The position numbers were made by a program, and so were the translations under genes. Below are positions 39,761-51,531 of a stretch of 64,000 nucleotides of DNA, one piece after another. The notes under the pieces are model-generated. The model was not told the origin of the DNA. It worked only from the letters and a program-made list of their open reading frames with translations, and made no database searches. The number at the start of each line of letters is the position of its first letter. Positions within the stretch are counted from its first letter, which is position 1. The stretch is from Tubiluchus corallicola (Eukaryota; Animalia; Priapulida): assembly GCA_030141605.1 (NCBI GenBank), contig JAQGDQ010000023.1:248001-312000 (forward strand), in the 5' to 3' direction.

Positions 39761-42700
39761 TGCCATTATAGTAGTTAGCAGTGGCAGATGTAATTAAATT
39801 ATGTTCTAATGTTGGCTAATCTTCAGCCTTTATTTGCCTGCCGCGAAAAATATTGCAAAGGTTGTTCTTATCAGTTCAAAATCCAAATAATATAATAATC
39901 CATGGTCGATTGCCACATCACTGCACTCACAGATATATTATTTGCCTACAGTGATTACGTGAAAATATTATTATCATTTACCCTTACCAGAATGCAAATC
40001 AGAGTTTATTTATTTATTTAAACTTTTTTCTTTAGCTCATTGACTGCGTCACATTCACTGTTTATTATTGTGCGTTTTTTAAATAGGTTATTAAAAGTAT
40101 ATTAATTTCTTTATATTTTACAGTTTTTATGTAAGACAGTGTTTAGTTGTAATAAACTTATTATTATAAATGGGCTAATCGCTGTCATCGTCGTCACCAT
40201 CACGGTATCACCATTGTCATTGTGACATCATTGTTGTCGCAAACAAATTGCAAAAGTAAAACAGCCTTCGGTACAGTTTCCTAGTATACTATTTCAAGTA
40301 ACAATCTAAAAAATAGCGTTGCAATATATTATCAGACTCATAATTGTTTCCTAAGATTAAAAGCTGTTAAAAAATTTATGACTTGCTGACTTTAGTATAC
40401 AACTTTTTTTAATTACCACTTAAATGAGTCTAGTGTCTTACAATGAGGTTTCAGACGTGACTAAAAATAAATAAAAATAGTATATAAACTGTGTTTCCTT
40501 TCCTCTTTTAATAAAGGGAAGAAAAAGACAGTGTTTATTCTGCTTTGTTATTTGTCTAAACCGAAGGCATTCAACCCTTCATGTAAAAACTAAAATGGAT
40601 TCATTGACCCACGTCTTCGCATGAAATAGAAATTTTTTTTATTTTGAAATTGTTTGACTTGCGAGCCGAATATTTGACCACTTTAGATCTATCTCTGTTC
40701 CAGCTTTAACGCTTCATCTGTTTCATTGAGCTCATTTTGTGGACAGATAGTCAAACACACAAACGCGGCTAAACACCCTACCCACATATCAGTCGGGTGG
40801 GTAATAACAGGTCGTTATTTATACGTTTTTATATTTAAAAAAGTCTCAGGAGAGCTCTCTCTCTCTCATAATTATTTCAGATATAGGTTGCTTTATAAAG
40901 TATGGTAGACCCAGAGTATTAATAGGCCGTCTTCACGGTCATTCAAAACAGTCATTCTCGAGTTTGTCAGGGTTGAAGTGGCCGCGTGGACACCAAGAAT
41001 GACAGTAAAATTTTAATCAAACTGGTCTTGATTTTCGTCAGTGTCCGTCATAAATTTTCGGAATGAACAGGTAACATTAATGCGGGCTGGTGACTCGGCT
41101 AAAAGAGCCCTTTGATAACGGTTGTGTAAAGTGCAATGTCACAAAAAAACAATGAATTATTAACAAAAAGCTACTGCATAAATTACATTTTGTAAGTGCG
41201 TGAGTGCCGAAATTTTCGTGAGTGTACATTTTATAGACCTGTTGTACTTCGGCGACTAACTTGCACGCTATGGTGCCTTGACAATCTATTCCTTTCGCTT
41301 TATTTAGAGGTGAAATTTGTCCAGTAATTACTTTGTGTTATCCCAATATAATTAAAATTCGTTTGTGCTTTTGCTTTTAGTTCCCAAAATTTGATGCTAA
41401 TTTCTTGTTTCGTTTCTTTGCTGAAGTCTTTTTTCTTTGATTTCGCTTTGCAAGCATAAGCTAAAACAAAGCTCGTTTTCATACAAGCTGTTTTGGTCTT
41501 TTGACGCTATTTCGGAAATGATAAAAAGTTAAAGAACACCCCTTCGACAAATAGTTATTTGAAAGTATACGTAATTATCAGTGAAAACTGATCGTGTACA
41601 CATAATCAGTGCTTTGAATGTCAATCTTTTGAAAAAACCGTGTGAACTAGGTATTAAATGTGCTTAGTACGTATCACTCTAATTGAAATCTTTGAATATG
41701 TTTAGAGACCAAGGCCTAGGGAGTTATGTTACCTGACTGTGCTCCCATGTGCAATAATGATGGGGGACATTACAAAGCGCTGTTGGACAGCGTAACGTTC
41801 TATGTTTGACATTAGAAAGGTATCAGAAGTGAGCTTTTCACGACTTCCTCGCCACACCCTTTTTATTATATTCTTTTAATGATGAAAGAATCTGTAATTA
41901 ATATGATTAATTACTGAGTTACAGCTTCTTTCACGTTAAATTCATTTGAAAATACTGCTCACGATCTCTGATTTAGATAGTAAAGTAGCACTAATCAAAA
42001 GTTATGATTTATCAAATTTATATAGACTACTTTATTAACACGCAGACATTCAAAAAATGTTACGATACAGCCATAGGTAATAAATTTTCTATAACACGAG
42101 TAGTAGAACTAAACGTTCAATGATACCTATTCTTTACGATGAAAAAAGGTATTCTGCACATGGGATTCGAACGCCCTTTTATATTGCACAAAAACATTTT
42201 ATATTGAAACAACGTAATTTAACCATTCGAAAATAGTTACAGTTGACTACTATAAATTAATACATGTATGTATACCATGAAAGACTATAATGCATTCAAA
42301 GCTTAAACACAATCATGACATGGACAGTCACTGCCCATTTTAACTGACTAACTTATTAAGTAAACAAAAGTTCTTTACTTTTTAAGTTCATGTATTGCAC
42401 TTACATGTATATACAAACATTCAGTCTTTCACACTTTTACACAAGTTATTACCATAATGAAAAAACGATTGTGCATCAAAGTATTATAATGTATAATAAT
42501 TAGTTTAAAAGAATTCATAAACGTGCAACCTATTATTATAATTGAGCTAAACATATAGGCCTATTACACAAACAGATCTCATTTGTTGAGTTCACAAAGT
42601 TATTAATCACAATGTAACTAACCTATGTAAAATGATCTCATTTTTTCATGCCAGACTAGTTGAAATTCCATTAAATTTTTATAATTTTGTTAGCAGTATA

Positions 42701-45286
42701 TAGAAAATTTCTGATTCTGTTTTGTGTGTACGGTGGTTGTGAAGTAACGAATCAGGGAAGAATAACAAAAAATACAATACGATGAGTTGTGGAAACAAAA
42801 ATGTCACAACAAAAGTGTCAGACACACTAATATAACTGATAGGTCTTAATTTCAGCAAGTAATAAAATGTAGACTGTAGAAGACAAACAATACATTGGAA
42901 TGTACGTATTCATTAATACAAGACTGTTATTATATTATAAAGCACTCCAAAAAGACAACACTAATTTGCATGTGCATGATCACATGTGAGCAACAATGTA
43001 GCAAACAAGGGCTGCATCTTTTCCTGTGCATAACAGTAGTAAGGCTAAGAAGGAGGAGCTTGTAAAAGCAAAAACTGATATTAAACTTATAAACTTAAAT
43101 AGTTTAATGCAAATAAGTGACGTGTACTTGCTGTAATTGACACAAAATCAATAATAGTACAAAATAAAGAAAGGTATGTAGGGGTAACATAAATAATCTT
43201 CATTTATTAACTAAATAGTGTTAAAGTAAAAAATATCTAAACGAAACGATTGCCTAAAATATAACAAATATACTTGACTACAATTAGCTCTCTCGTGTAC
43301 AAAGTTTTCTTTGAAGCCAAAACTCAGTTAAGAGACCTAATACACAAATCTTTGGTAGCAGTTTCATTGATGATGATGATGATGATGATGATGACAATAT
43401 TGACAATAGTGATGAAAAAAGATGACAATGTTTTGATAACTGTAAATTAACTGTGCAAAGTTGTCCACAGGAAGCTTTCAAGACATGAATTCATCTCAGA
43501 TATAAAAACAAAAAACACATTTTTAAAGTGGGAATTGCACTGACTAGAGGGCTAGTCAAAATAAAATGAGAAACATCCCAAGGAACGTACGTTTTGACTC
43601 ATTCATCTTAAAAAAAGCTATTTTTAAATAACAAAGCAAAACAGTGATTTCGTAACAGGCAGTGCAATCAGAACAGAAAATCATTAGATTATTTAATGTC
43701 AGTAACTTTTAATAAAAGCTACATCCTTAGCTGCATGACATAGAAAAGTCTAAAAATCTGAGTGTGAAAATCCACACGCACAACATATAATCTAACTTCA
43801 TGTTGCTGCAAGGAAGTGTTTTCTATATGGGTTATAAACTGTGGTAGAAAAAAATTATGAAAAAAAACAGCAAAATGATTTTTCTGAAATAGCACCACAA
43901 ATGCTAGGTATAAATGACTGTATAATGTTAAATAAAGTATGTCTACAATGATTTCAAATTTTAAGTATAATCTCTTTGTTATACATATAGCATTAGATGT
44001 AAAAGAATCTGCAAAATAAGTTCAAGAATACACTAAGACCTTAATGAGTTCTTGCACAAAAAAGCGTGTCTAATTGAATTGTATAAACTTATCTGAATCA
44101 TAAGCATCACCTATTCATTATTCATTAATAACTACTCAACAAATATGCATACTTATCATGCATGCATGCCCACATCTAATTTGATACTCTGATTGATTAA
44201 TAAAAAACTTAAGGTAAGTTTTCCAGCACTATCATTAGACCTTTGTAAGGATGACTAGTTCACAATTTTGACTGGCAGTGTTTTTATACATTAGAAAGAT
44301 ATGGAAGCTTCATCATATCCATATTATTTCTCTTTAAAATGTACCACTGGACTGGAAAAATTATGATTTGTGATTTCTAATTTGGCTACAGGTTTATTAA
44401 ACTTACAATAAAATTTGGCAAAATTGCAAAGTTGACAGCATGTGTACTATCTGAACACAACAATTTAAATAATTTGGCAGTGGGCAAGACGGTTTAGCAT
44501 ATTTTTCGCTTCTTTGGCATAAAACGTAATCATGAGTATGATCGCAGTTAAAATGTTTGAATGTTTTTATGTACAATATATACAGTAAATTGTATATACA
44601 AGATTTATTCTTAAAAGGAGCAAGTGAAGTTCTGAATACTAATGTTAGTAAGCTTACACTGCCAACAAAAAAAAACAAAAAAACAAAACCAACTAAACGT
44701 TCCGTAGAATTTTACAAGTGCTGCAATTCTCTGAGGAATTATTTTTATAAGCTCAGTTAACACTAAAAAAAACTGTGTGTGAAAACAGTAAAGTTTATAG
44801 CGTGTTCAGAGGTAGAGACTTCTCTCGCAGCTTGTTGCACAACTTCCCTCTGTGAGAAGTTGCCAAGCCGTTCACATGTTGCAACAAGTTGCCAAATCTT
44901 TCACATGTTGCAACTTTACTCTCAGAGAGATTGCGAAAGAAGTCGCTACATCTAAAGGCACCATTAAAATCACTAGCATTCAACTTGTTACTTGACTTTT
45001 GAATTAATGATAAAATTTATGTTTTTTTAAATTGCTAATTAACACATGACTGTGTAAGCCAGTCTGCCACCACAACAATAGTAAAATTGCATATGCAAAA
45101 ACACATGATTGCATAACACCTCTGATAAAAATATCTCAGCTATTACAACTGATTCTTTACTACAGACTGATTATTCACATAATTGAATTTATTTCCTAAA
45201 TTTACATTCCTAATTGTGAATATAGGCCCCAAACAAGATCTTACCTCTTGTATTAAGCTGGTTATTGAAATAGCCTTGACTACTGA

Positions 45287-45457
45287 CTAAGACTCTCCCA
45301 CTACATTATTGTCAATGGGAAGAGAAATGGTCAAGCTTACAACATCAGTGTCAGCACTGTTTCGGTTCGTATCAGCCATGTCTGATTGACTTGTACCAGC
45401 AACCATTGTCAGCGCTGAACTGTGACTATGTCTAAGGGGCCTATATTCAACTAATTG
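45287..45457 (-). other. Putative stop-codon readthrough extension of TMEM8 (56 aa): QLVEYRPLRHSHSSALTMVAGTSQSDMADTNRNSADTDVVSLTISLPIDNNVVGES*
   Basis: TGA-CAA-TTA context. The frame stays open to TAG at 45287-45289 with coding-like composition. Confidence 0.55.
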
Positions 45458-45748
45458 TCATTTATCCTCTAGTAAACTAGCCATGTCCGTATTGGAGATG
45501 TCGGCGGTCAACTCCTCGGCAGACGATTGATTGCTAGCAACCGTCTTTTTATCGTTCTCAGGAAGCATGAAGAGAATGCAGGTGGCCATGAGAATGTGCC
45601 AAGCGCTATGAACATACTGATAGTTATTCTCAGTCTCCACAAAAGCGAAGATGATTAGTCCAGTACCAGCTAGTGCCACACCGGGTAGAAGTAACAAATA
45701 CTGACATCGGTTAGGATAGCACGCCTTTTGCCTATAGCACTTGAATCC
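45458..45748 (-). CDS. TMEM8: TMEM8/PGAP6 terminal exon: GFKCYRQKACYP...NYQYVHSAWHILMATCILFMLP...DMASLLEDK*
   Basis: tttttacag acceptor, phase 0. ET.xNY.Y.HSxWH is the CREST HxxxH motif. Confidence 0.95.
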   Translation of the reverse strand, partial: GFKCYRQKACYPNRCQYLLLLPGVALAGTGLIIFAFVETENNYQYVHSAWHILMATCILFMLPENDKKTVASNQSSAEELTADISNTDMASLLEDK

Positions 45749-46728
45749 CTGTAAAAACATCACAATATACTGATGAAAAATCTTAGTAAATTGTGTAGCC
45801 AATAAGAGGAGTATATATATATATATATTTACTGTAATTACTCAGGCTCTTCAGTGTTCAGTATAATACATATACATATGCCACATACATACAGATGCAG
45901 AATCTACTTTACATATTCAAAGCCCGCAGTTAAAAAAGAAATATTGTTTCTTGCAAAGTAACAAAGATTTTTAATAATTTGTCATTTGTGGGGATGAATG
46001 GTCATATGCATCGCAAAAATGATGAGAGATTCTTAGAGCACCTTCCACTAAAGTAGCATATAAAAAAGAAGTTTAATGTAACACTTGACTTTGATTGAGG
46101 CTTGACCCAAATCAGACCTGACTATTAGACGTTTTTGAGCACGATACATTGCCTAACTTCCTTCAGTGTGTTCTTACTTTTGAAAAATACTTCTGCCATC
46201 TAGGATCAAAACACAAGGCAAAATCAAACAATGGATAGAAGCAGTTCAAGAAAGAGATAATAGACTCATATTTAAAGTAAGCAAGTACTTATTGTGATGG
46301 TAAGAAGACAACAAAAGCTTTGTCAAAACTTTGTGCATTAAAAGTGACAAGCCAGTCTTAGCTGATAGTCAAGTGAAGTCAAGTGAAGTTCTATTTCAAG
46401 TGAAGTCCTTCTAAGCCAGGGATGATGATTTCAATTGTCAATTCATTTAGTATAGTTAATGTCAAGATCGTTATTTTTTTAAAAAATGGGTTTTGCCCTA
46501 TATAATGTCTAACTTTGTCTAATAAAGTAAAGAATTTCTCTCATTTCATTAGCTGCATAAGTGCCTATAATAAGAATTAGGGAACTTTCCAGATGGTTTT
46601 TCTGGTGCATGATTGACGAGAATGACTAACGTAATTATCCATTAGGAGAACATTATGGTCTAACTTGTAGACAAGTGCGATTCACTGCACTTAAGTGACA
46701 CCCTAGTCACTATGATAATAAATGACTA

Positions 46729-49418
46729 GCTGGAAAAGGCCTAACTGATCTAACTGCCGACTGATGGCTGGACAAAGCCTAACTGACCTAACTGCTGACT
46801 GATGGCTGGACAAGGCCTAACTGATCTAACTGCCGACTGATGGCTGGACAAAGCCTAACTGACCTAACTGCCGACTGATGGCTGGACAAGGCCTAACTGA
46901 TCTAGCTGCCGACTGATGGCTGGACAAGGCCTAACTGATCTAGCTGCCGACTGATGGCTGGACAAAGCCTAACTGATCTAGCTGCTGACAGATTGTTGAA
47001 CAAGGCCTAACTGATCTAACTGCTGACTGGACAAGGCCAACTGATCTAGCTGCCGACTGATGGCTGGACAAAGCCTAACTGATCTAACTGCTGAGTGATG
47101 GTTGGACAAGGCTTAACTGATCTAGCTGCCGACTGGACAAAGCCTAACTGATCTAGCTGCTGACAGATTGTTGAACAAGGCCTAACTGATCTAACTGCCG
47201 ACTGATAGCTGGACAAAGCCTAACTGATCTAACTGCTGAGTGATGGCTGGACAAAGCCTAACTGACCTAGCTGCTGACAGATTGTTGAACAAGGCCTAAC
47301 TGATCTAACTGCCGACTGATGGCTGGACAAAGCCTAACTGATCTAACTGCTGAGTGATGGCTGGACAAAGCCTAACTGACCTAGCTGCTGACTGATTGTT
47401 GAACAAGGCCTAAGTGATCTAGCTGCCGACTGATAGCTGGACAAAGCCTAACTGACCTAGCTGCCGACTGACGGCTGCACAAGGCCTAACTGATCTAGCT
47501 ACCGACTGATTGTTGAACAAGGCCTAACTGATCTAACTGCTGACTGATGGCTGGGCAAGGCCTAACTGATCTACCTGCCGAATGATTGTTGAACAAGGCC
47601 TAACTGATCTAACTGCAGATTGATGATTGGACAAAGCCTAAGTAACCTGAATGCCGAGTGGTGGGTGGACATGGCCTAACTGAACTAACTGCCGACTGAT
47701 GGCTGGACAAAGCCTAACTGATCTAGCTGCCGACTGATTGTTGAACAAGGCCTAACTGATCTAACTGCTGACTGATGGCTGGGCAAGGCCTAACTGATCT
47801 ACCTGCCGAATGAGTGTTGAACAAGGCCTAACTGATCTAACTGCAGATTGATGATTGGACAAAGCCTAAGTAACCTGAATGCCGAGTGGTGGGTGGACAT
47901 GGCCTAACTGAACTAATTGTCGACTGATGGCTGGACAAAGCCTAACTGATCTAGCTACCGACTGATTGTTGAACAAGGCCTAACTGATCTAACTGCTGAC
48001 TGATGGCTGGACAAGGCCTAACTGATCTAACTGCCGACTGATGGCTGGACAAGGCCTAACTGATCTAACTGCCGACTGATGGCTGGACAAGGCCTAACTG
48101 ATCTAGCTGCCGACTGATGGCTGGACAAGGCCTAACTGATCTAGCTGCCGACTGATGACTGGACAAAGCCTAACTGATCTAGCTGCTGACAGATTGTTGA
48201 ACAAGGCCTAACTGATCTAACTGCTGACTGGGCTGGACAAGGCCAACTGATCTAGCTGCCGACTGATGGCTGGACAAAGCCTAACTGATCTAACTGCTGA
48301 GTGATGGTTGGACAAGGCTTAACTGATCTAGCTGCCGACTGGACAAAGCCTAACTGATCTAGCTGCTGACAGATTGTTGAACAAGGCCTAACTGATCTAA
48401 CTGCCGACTGATAGCTGGACAAAGCCTAACTGATCTAACTGCTGAGTGATGGCTGGACAAAGCCTAACTGACCTAGCTGCTGACAGATTGTTGAACAAGG
48501 CCTAACTGATCTAACTGCCGACTGATGGCTGGACAAAGCCTAACTGATCTAACTGCTGAGTGATGGCTGGACAAAGCCTAACTGACCTAGCTGCTGACTG
48601 ATTGTTGAACAAGGCCTAAGTGATCTAGCTGCCGACTGATAGCTGGACGAAGCCTAACTGACCTAGCTGCCGACTGACGGCTGCACAAGGCCTAACTGAT
48701 CTAGCTACCGACTGATTGTTGAACAAGGCCTAACTGATCTAACTGCTGACTGATGGCTGGGCAAGGCCTAACTGATCTACCTGCCGAATGATTGTTGAAC
48801 AAGGCCTAACTGATCTAACTGCAGATTGATGATTGGACAAAGCCTAAGTAACCTGAATGCCGAGTGGTGGGTGGACATGGCCTAACTGAACTAACTGCCG
48901 ACTGATGGCTGGACAAAGCCTAACTGATCTAGCTGCCGACTGATTGTTGAACAAGGCCTAACTGATCTAACTGCTGACTGATGGCTGGGCAAGGCCTAAC
49001 TGATCTACCTGCCGAATGATTGTTGAACAAGGCCTAACTGATCTAACTGCAGATTGATGATTGGACAAAGCCTAAGTAACCTGAATGCCGAGTGGTGGGT
49101 GGACATGGCCTAACTGAACTAATTGCCGACTGATGGCTGGACAAAGCCTAACTGATCTAGCTACCGACTGATTGTTGAACAAGGCCTAACTGATCTAACT
49201 GCCGACTGATAGCTGGACAAGGCCTAACTGATCTAACTGCCGACTGATGGCTGGACAAAGCCTAAGAACCCTGACTGCTGAGTGGACAAGGTCTAACTGA
49301 TCTAGCTGCCGACTGACAGTTGAACAAGGCCTAACTGATCTAACTACAGACTGATGGCTGGACAAAGCCTAAGTAACCTGAATGCCGAGTGATGGCTAGA
49401 CAAGACCTAACTAACCTA
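46729..49418. repeat. 38-bp minisatellite (~70 copies) with higher-order structure
   Basis: Unit ctaactgatctaactgccgactgatggctggacaa(a/g)gc. Variant units recur at 114, 228 and 1206 bp offsets. Confidence 0.95.
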
Positions 49419-49752
49419 TGTGCAGACCAATGGACACCTACGTCACAATGAAATAACACCTGCTTAAAATGGTGATTAAAATACAACTAGACAACAAGTA
49501 CAACTGAAGCTATTGAAGCAATAAACCATTTTATAAAAGCAGGTGTAATGACTGTGAATTTCTCAAAACATGAGAAAGAAAACTATTTTTCATTTATAAA
49601 TAAAATGAATAGCTACTGAGAGAATCAATAACTGTTATTACAAAAAATGGTGAGATTAATTCACATATTTTTAAACAAAGATAAAAAGTGACTTTATGTC
49701 ACCGGTCTTATGATTCTATGACATTTGATCCTGCAAAATCAGTTTTACTTAC

Positions 49753-50013
49753 CCACGATGTCAACATAATTCCTAATCCAGCACCAGCCGGTACCACAAA
49801 CACCCACAGACCTGTGCGGTCATACGCTACACCTAGGGCAATGCATATAGCCGCTAACATGTGACAAAGTGACCGCAATGTCCAGTTGAGTTTGGCCATG
49901 GCAATTAGAGTTACCCAGAATGACATGATTGAAGCATAGAAATCACAGAACTGTAAGACAGTGTATCGCATGAGGCAGTAGTAATACACATCTTCGTCAC
50001 AAGCATGGTAGAA
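49753..50013 (-). CDS. TMEM8: TMEM8/PGAP6 TM exon: FYHACDEDVYYYCLMRYTVLQFCDF...GIMLTSW
   Basis: tttcag / gtaagt, 261 bp, phase 0-0. FYHACD and LQFCDF are TMEM8 family motifs. Confidence 0.96.
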
Positions 50014-51352
50014 CTGAAAAACAGACATAAATCATCTAAGTTTAAAGAAGGTCAGATATTAATTATTAAATTAGTTAGTCATAGTGCATTTAAGCATTTA
50101 CTGTAACTTTGTACAATTATATAAAAAACATAACCTGCTGAAAAAATCTGGTATTTATTGCTGGTTAACAGCTCGCATAAAAACAGGACGTTTTAGTTTA
50201 TTAACATGAATTATAATGTGAATTTAAAGTTTATTATAGAAACTTCAGTCAATAATGTTTTTTGAACAAACCACAATGTCCTGCTTTTACGTAACCCAAA
50301 ACATAACAATTGTTAAAAAAATCAATTTTAACAAACAGCTAAATTTTTGATGCATTGTCGGTTGGGAAGAGAAAGTGAAAAACTATACTAGCATTGACGT
50401 GAACTGCATTTATTTACTTATATAATATTAGTTAACGGGGAAAAAGGTTATTTTAAAGTATGTCCCAAAAAACTTCCCACACAAAGTTATATTACTTTGC
50501 ATGATGCTTACCTATTTGAAAGACTTACATAATTAGAAAAGAAAATTCTTAATAATTCTCACTCAGCAAAAAACACATTATTGATCTTATTAAAAATATA
50601 AAGTAATTATATTAAAGTTAAGTTATAAAACCTTTTCTTAGTTAGTGAAGAATGTGCTACGAATGCTCCGATTATTTTTTAAAACTTTACGCAATATTAT
50701 CTGAACTTATTCCAAATGACTTACCATCAAATGACTACGCTTAAAGGTCACTGTGGGAGTTTAAATACACAAGTTTTATACGTGTTACTGCTAATGCAAG
50801 CTGTTTATGCAGTAAGGCAGCATGTAAGTAATATAAAATTTCAAAGCGAATTTTTTAAAACTTTATCTACGAAGAGTGTTTTCTTGTGCTTTAAACATTA
50901 CTTGACACATAAATCATCATAATAAAACAGTATGTACAATAGAGGAATTAGTCTAACTATGACAATGTGCTCTTAAAAGTGATTTACGTTGTCGCAAAGT
51001 TTAACAAAAATGCAAGGGCGTTTAAGACATACTATAAGTACTATAATGTCGACATAATCATTTTTATAATGATTACATATAGACTGCGAGCTATAAATAT
51101 AGAATGAAAAACAAACAAACAAAACTACTGAACTAACATTTCTTTTGTCAAATTAAAAATAAGTATGAATTTCCAAGTAACAAAAAAGGAAACTCTATAC
51201 ATATAATATATAGTAATTATAGTAAACTATAATACAATTCTTAAATTGAACTAAAATACTATGTCAATCTAATTAGTATTATTACAGAAACTTCGAGAAA
51301 TACATGAATGTATTATGAATGTTTCATGCATTATGAAATTCTTAGTTCTTAC

Positions 51353-51531
51353 CGTTGAGAAAAACATGGTGACAAAGTAAACCAGTGCTTCAGTGTAGTA
51401 CTTCCTGTAGATGGCTAGTATCACAGCTGGTATGAAAAACAAATTACTCAATGTAAGTAGTAACGTATTAGCTATGAGCTGACCGTCTGTTAAAGCGTGA
51501 CTAGAATCAGTGCAGTCCCAGCCTCTGTAAC
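51353..51531 (-). CDS. TMEM8: TMEM8/PGAP6 exon: (G)[59 protein letters not shown]
   Basis: ttttag / gtaaga, 179 bp, phase 1-0. GWx[11 protein letters not shown] and TMFFST motifs. Confidence 0.96.

Noticed and set aside
45458-45460. TMEM8 UGA as a selenocysteine codon
   Set aside because: It lies in a low-complexity tail, not at a Cys-homologous site, and I recognised no SECIS by eye. A SECISearch run on the 3' UTR would settle it.
46729-49418. CTAAC branch-point-like and CCTAA telomere-like words in the minisatellite
   Set aside because: The CTAAC words are antisense to the host gene, the CCTAA words are not tandem, and the 38-bp unit has stops in all frames.
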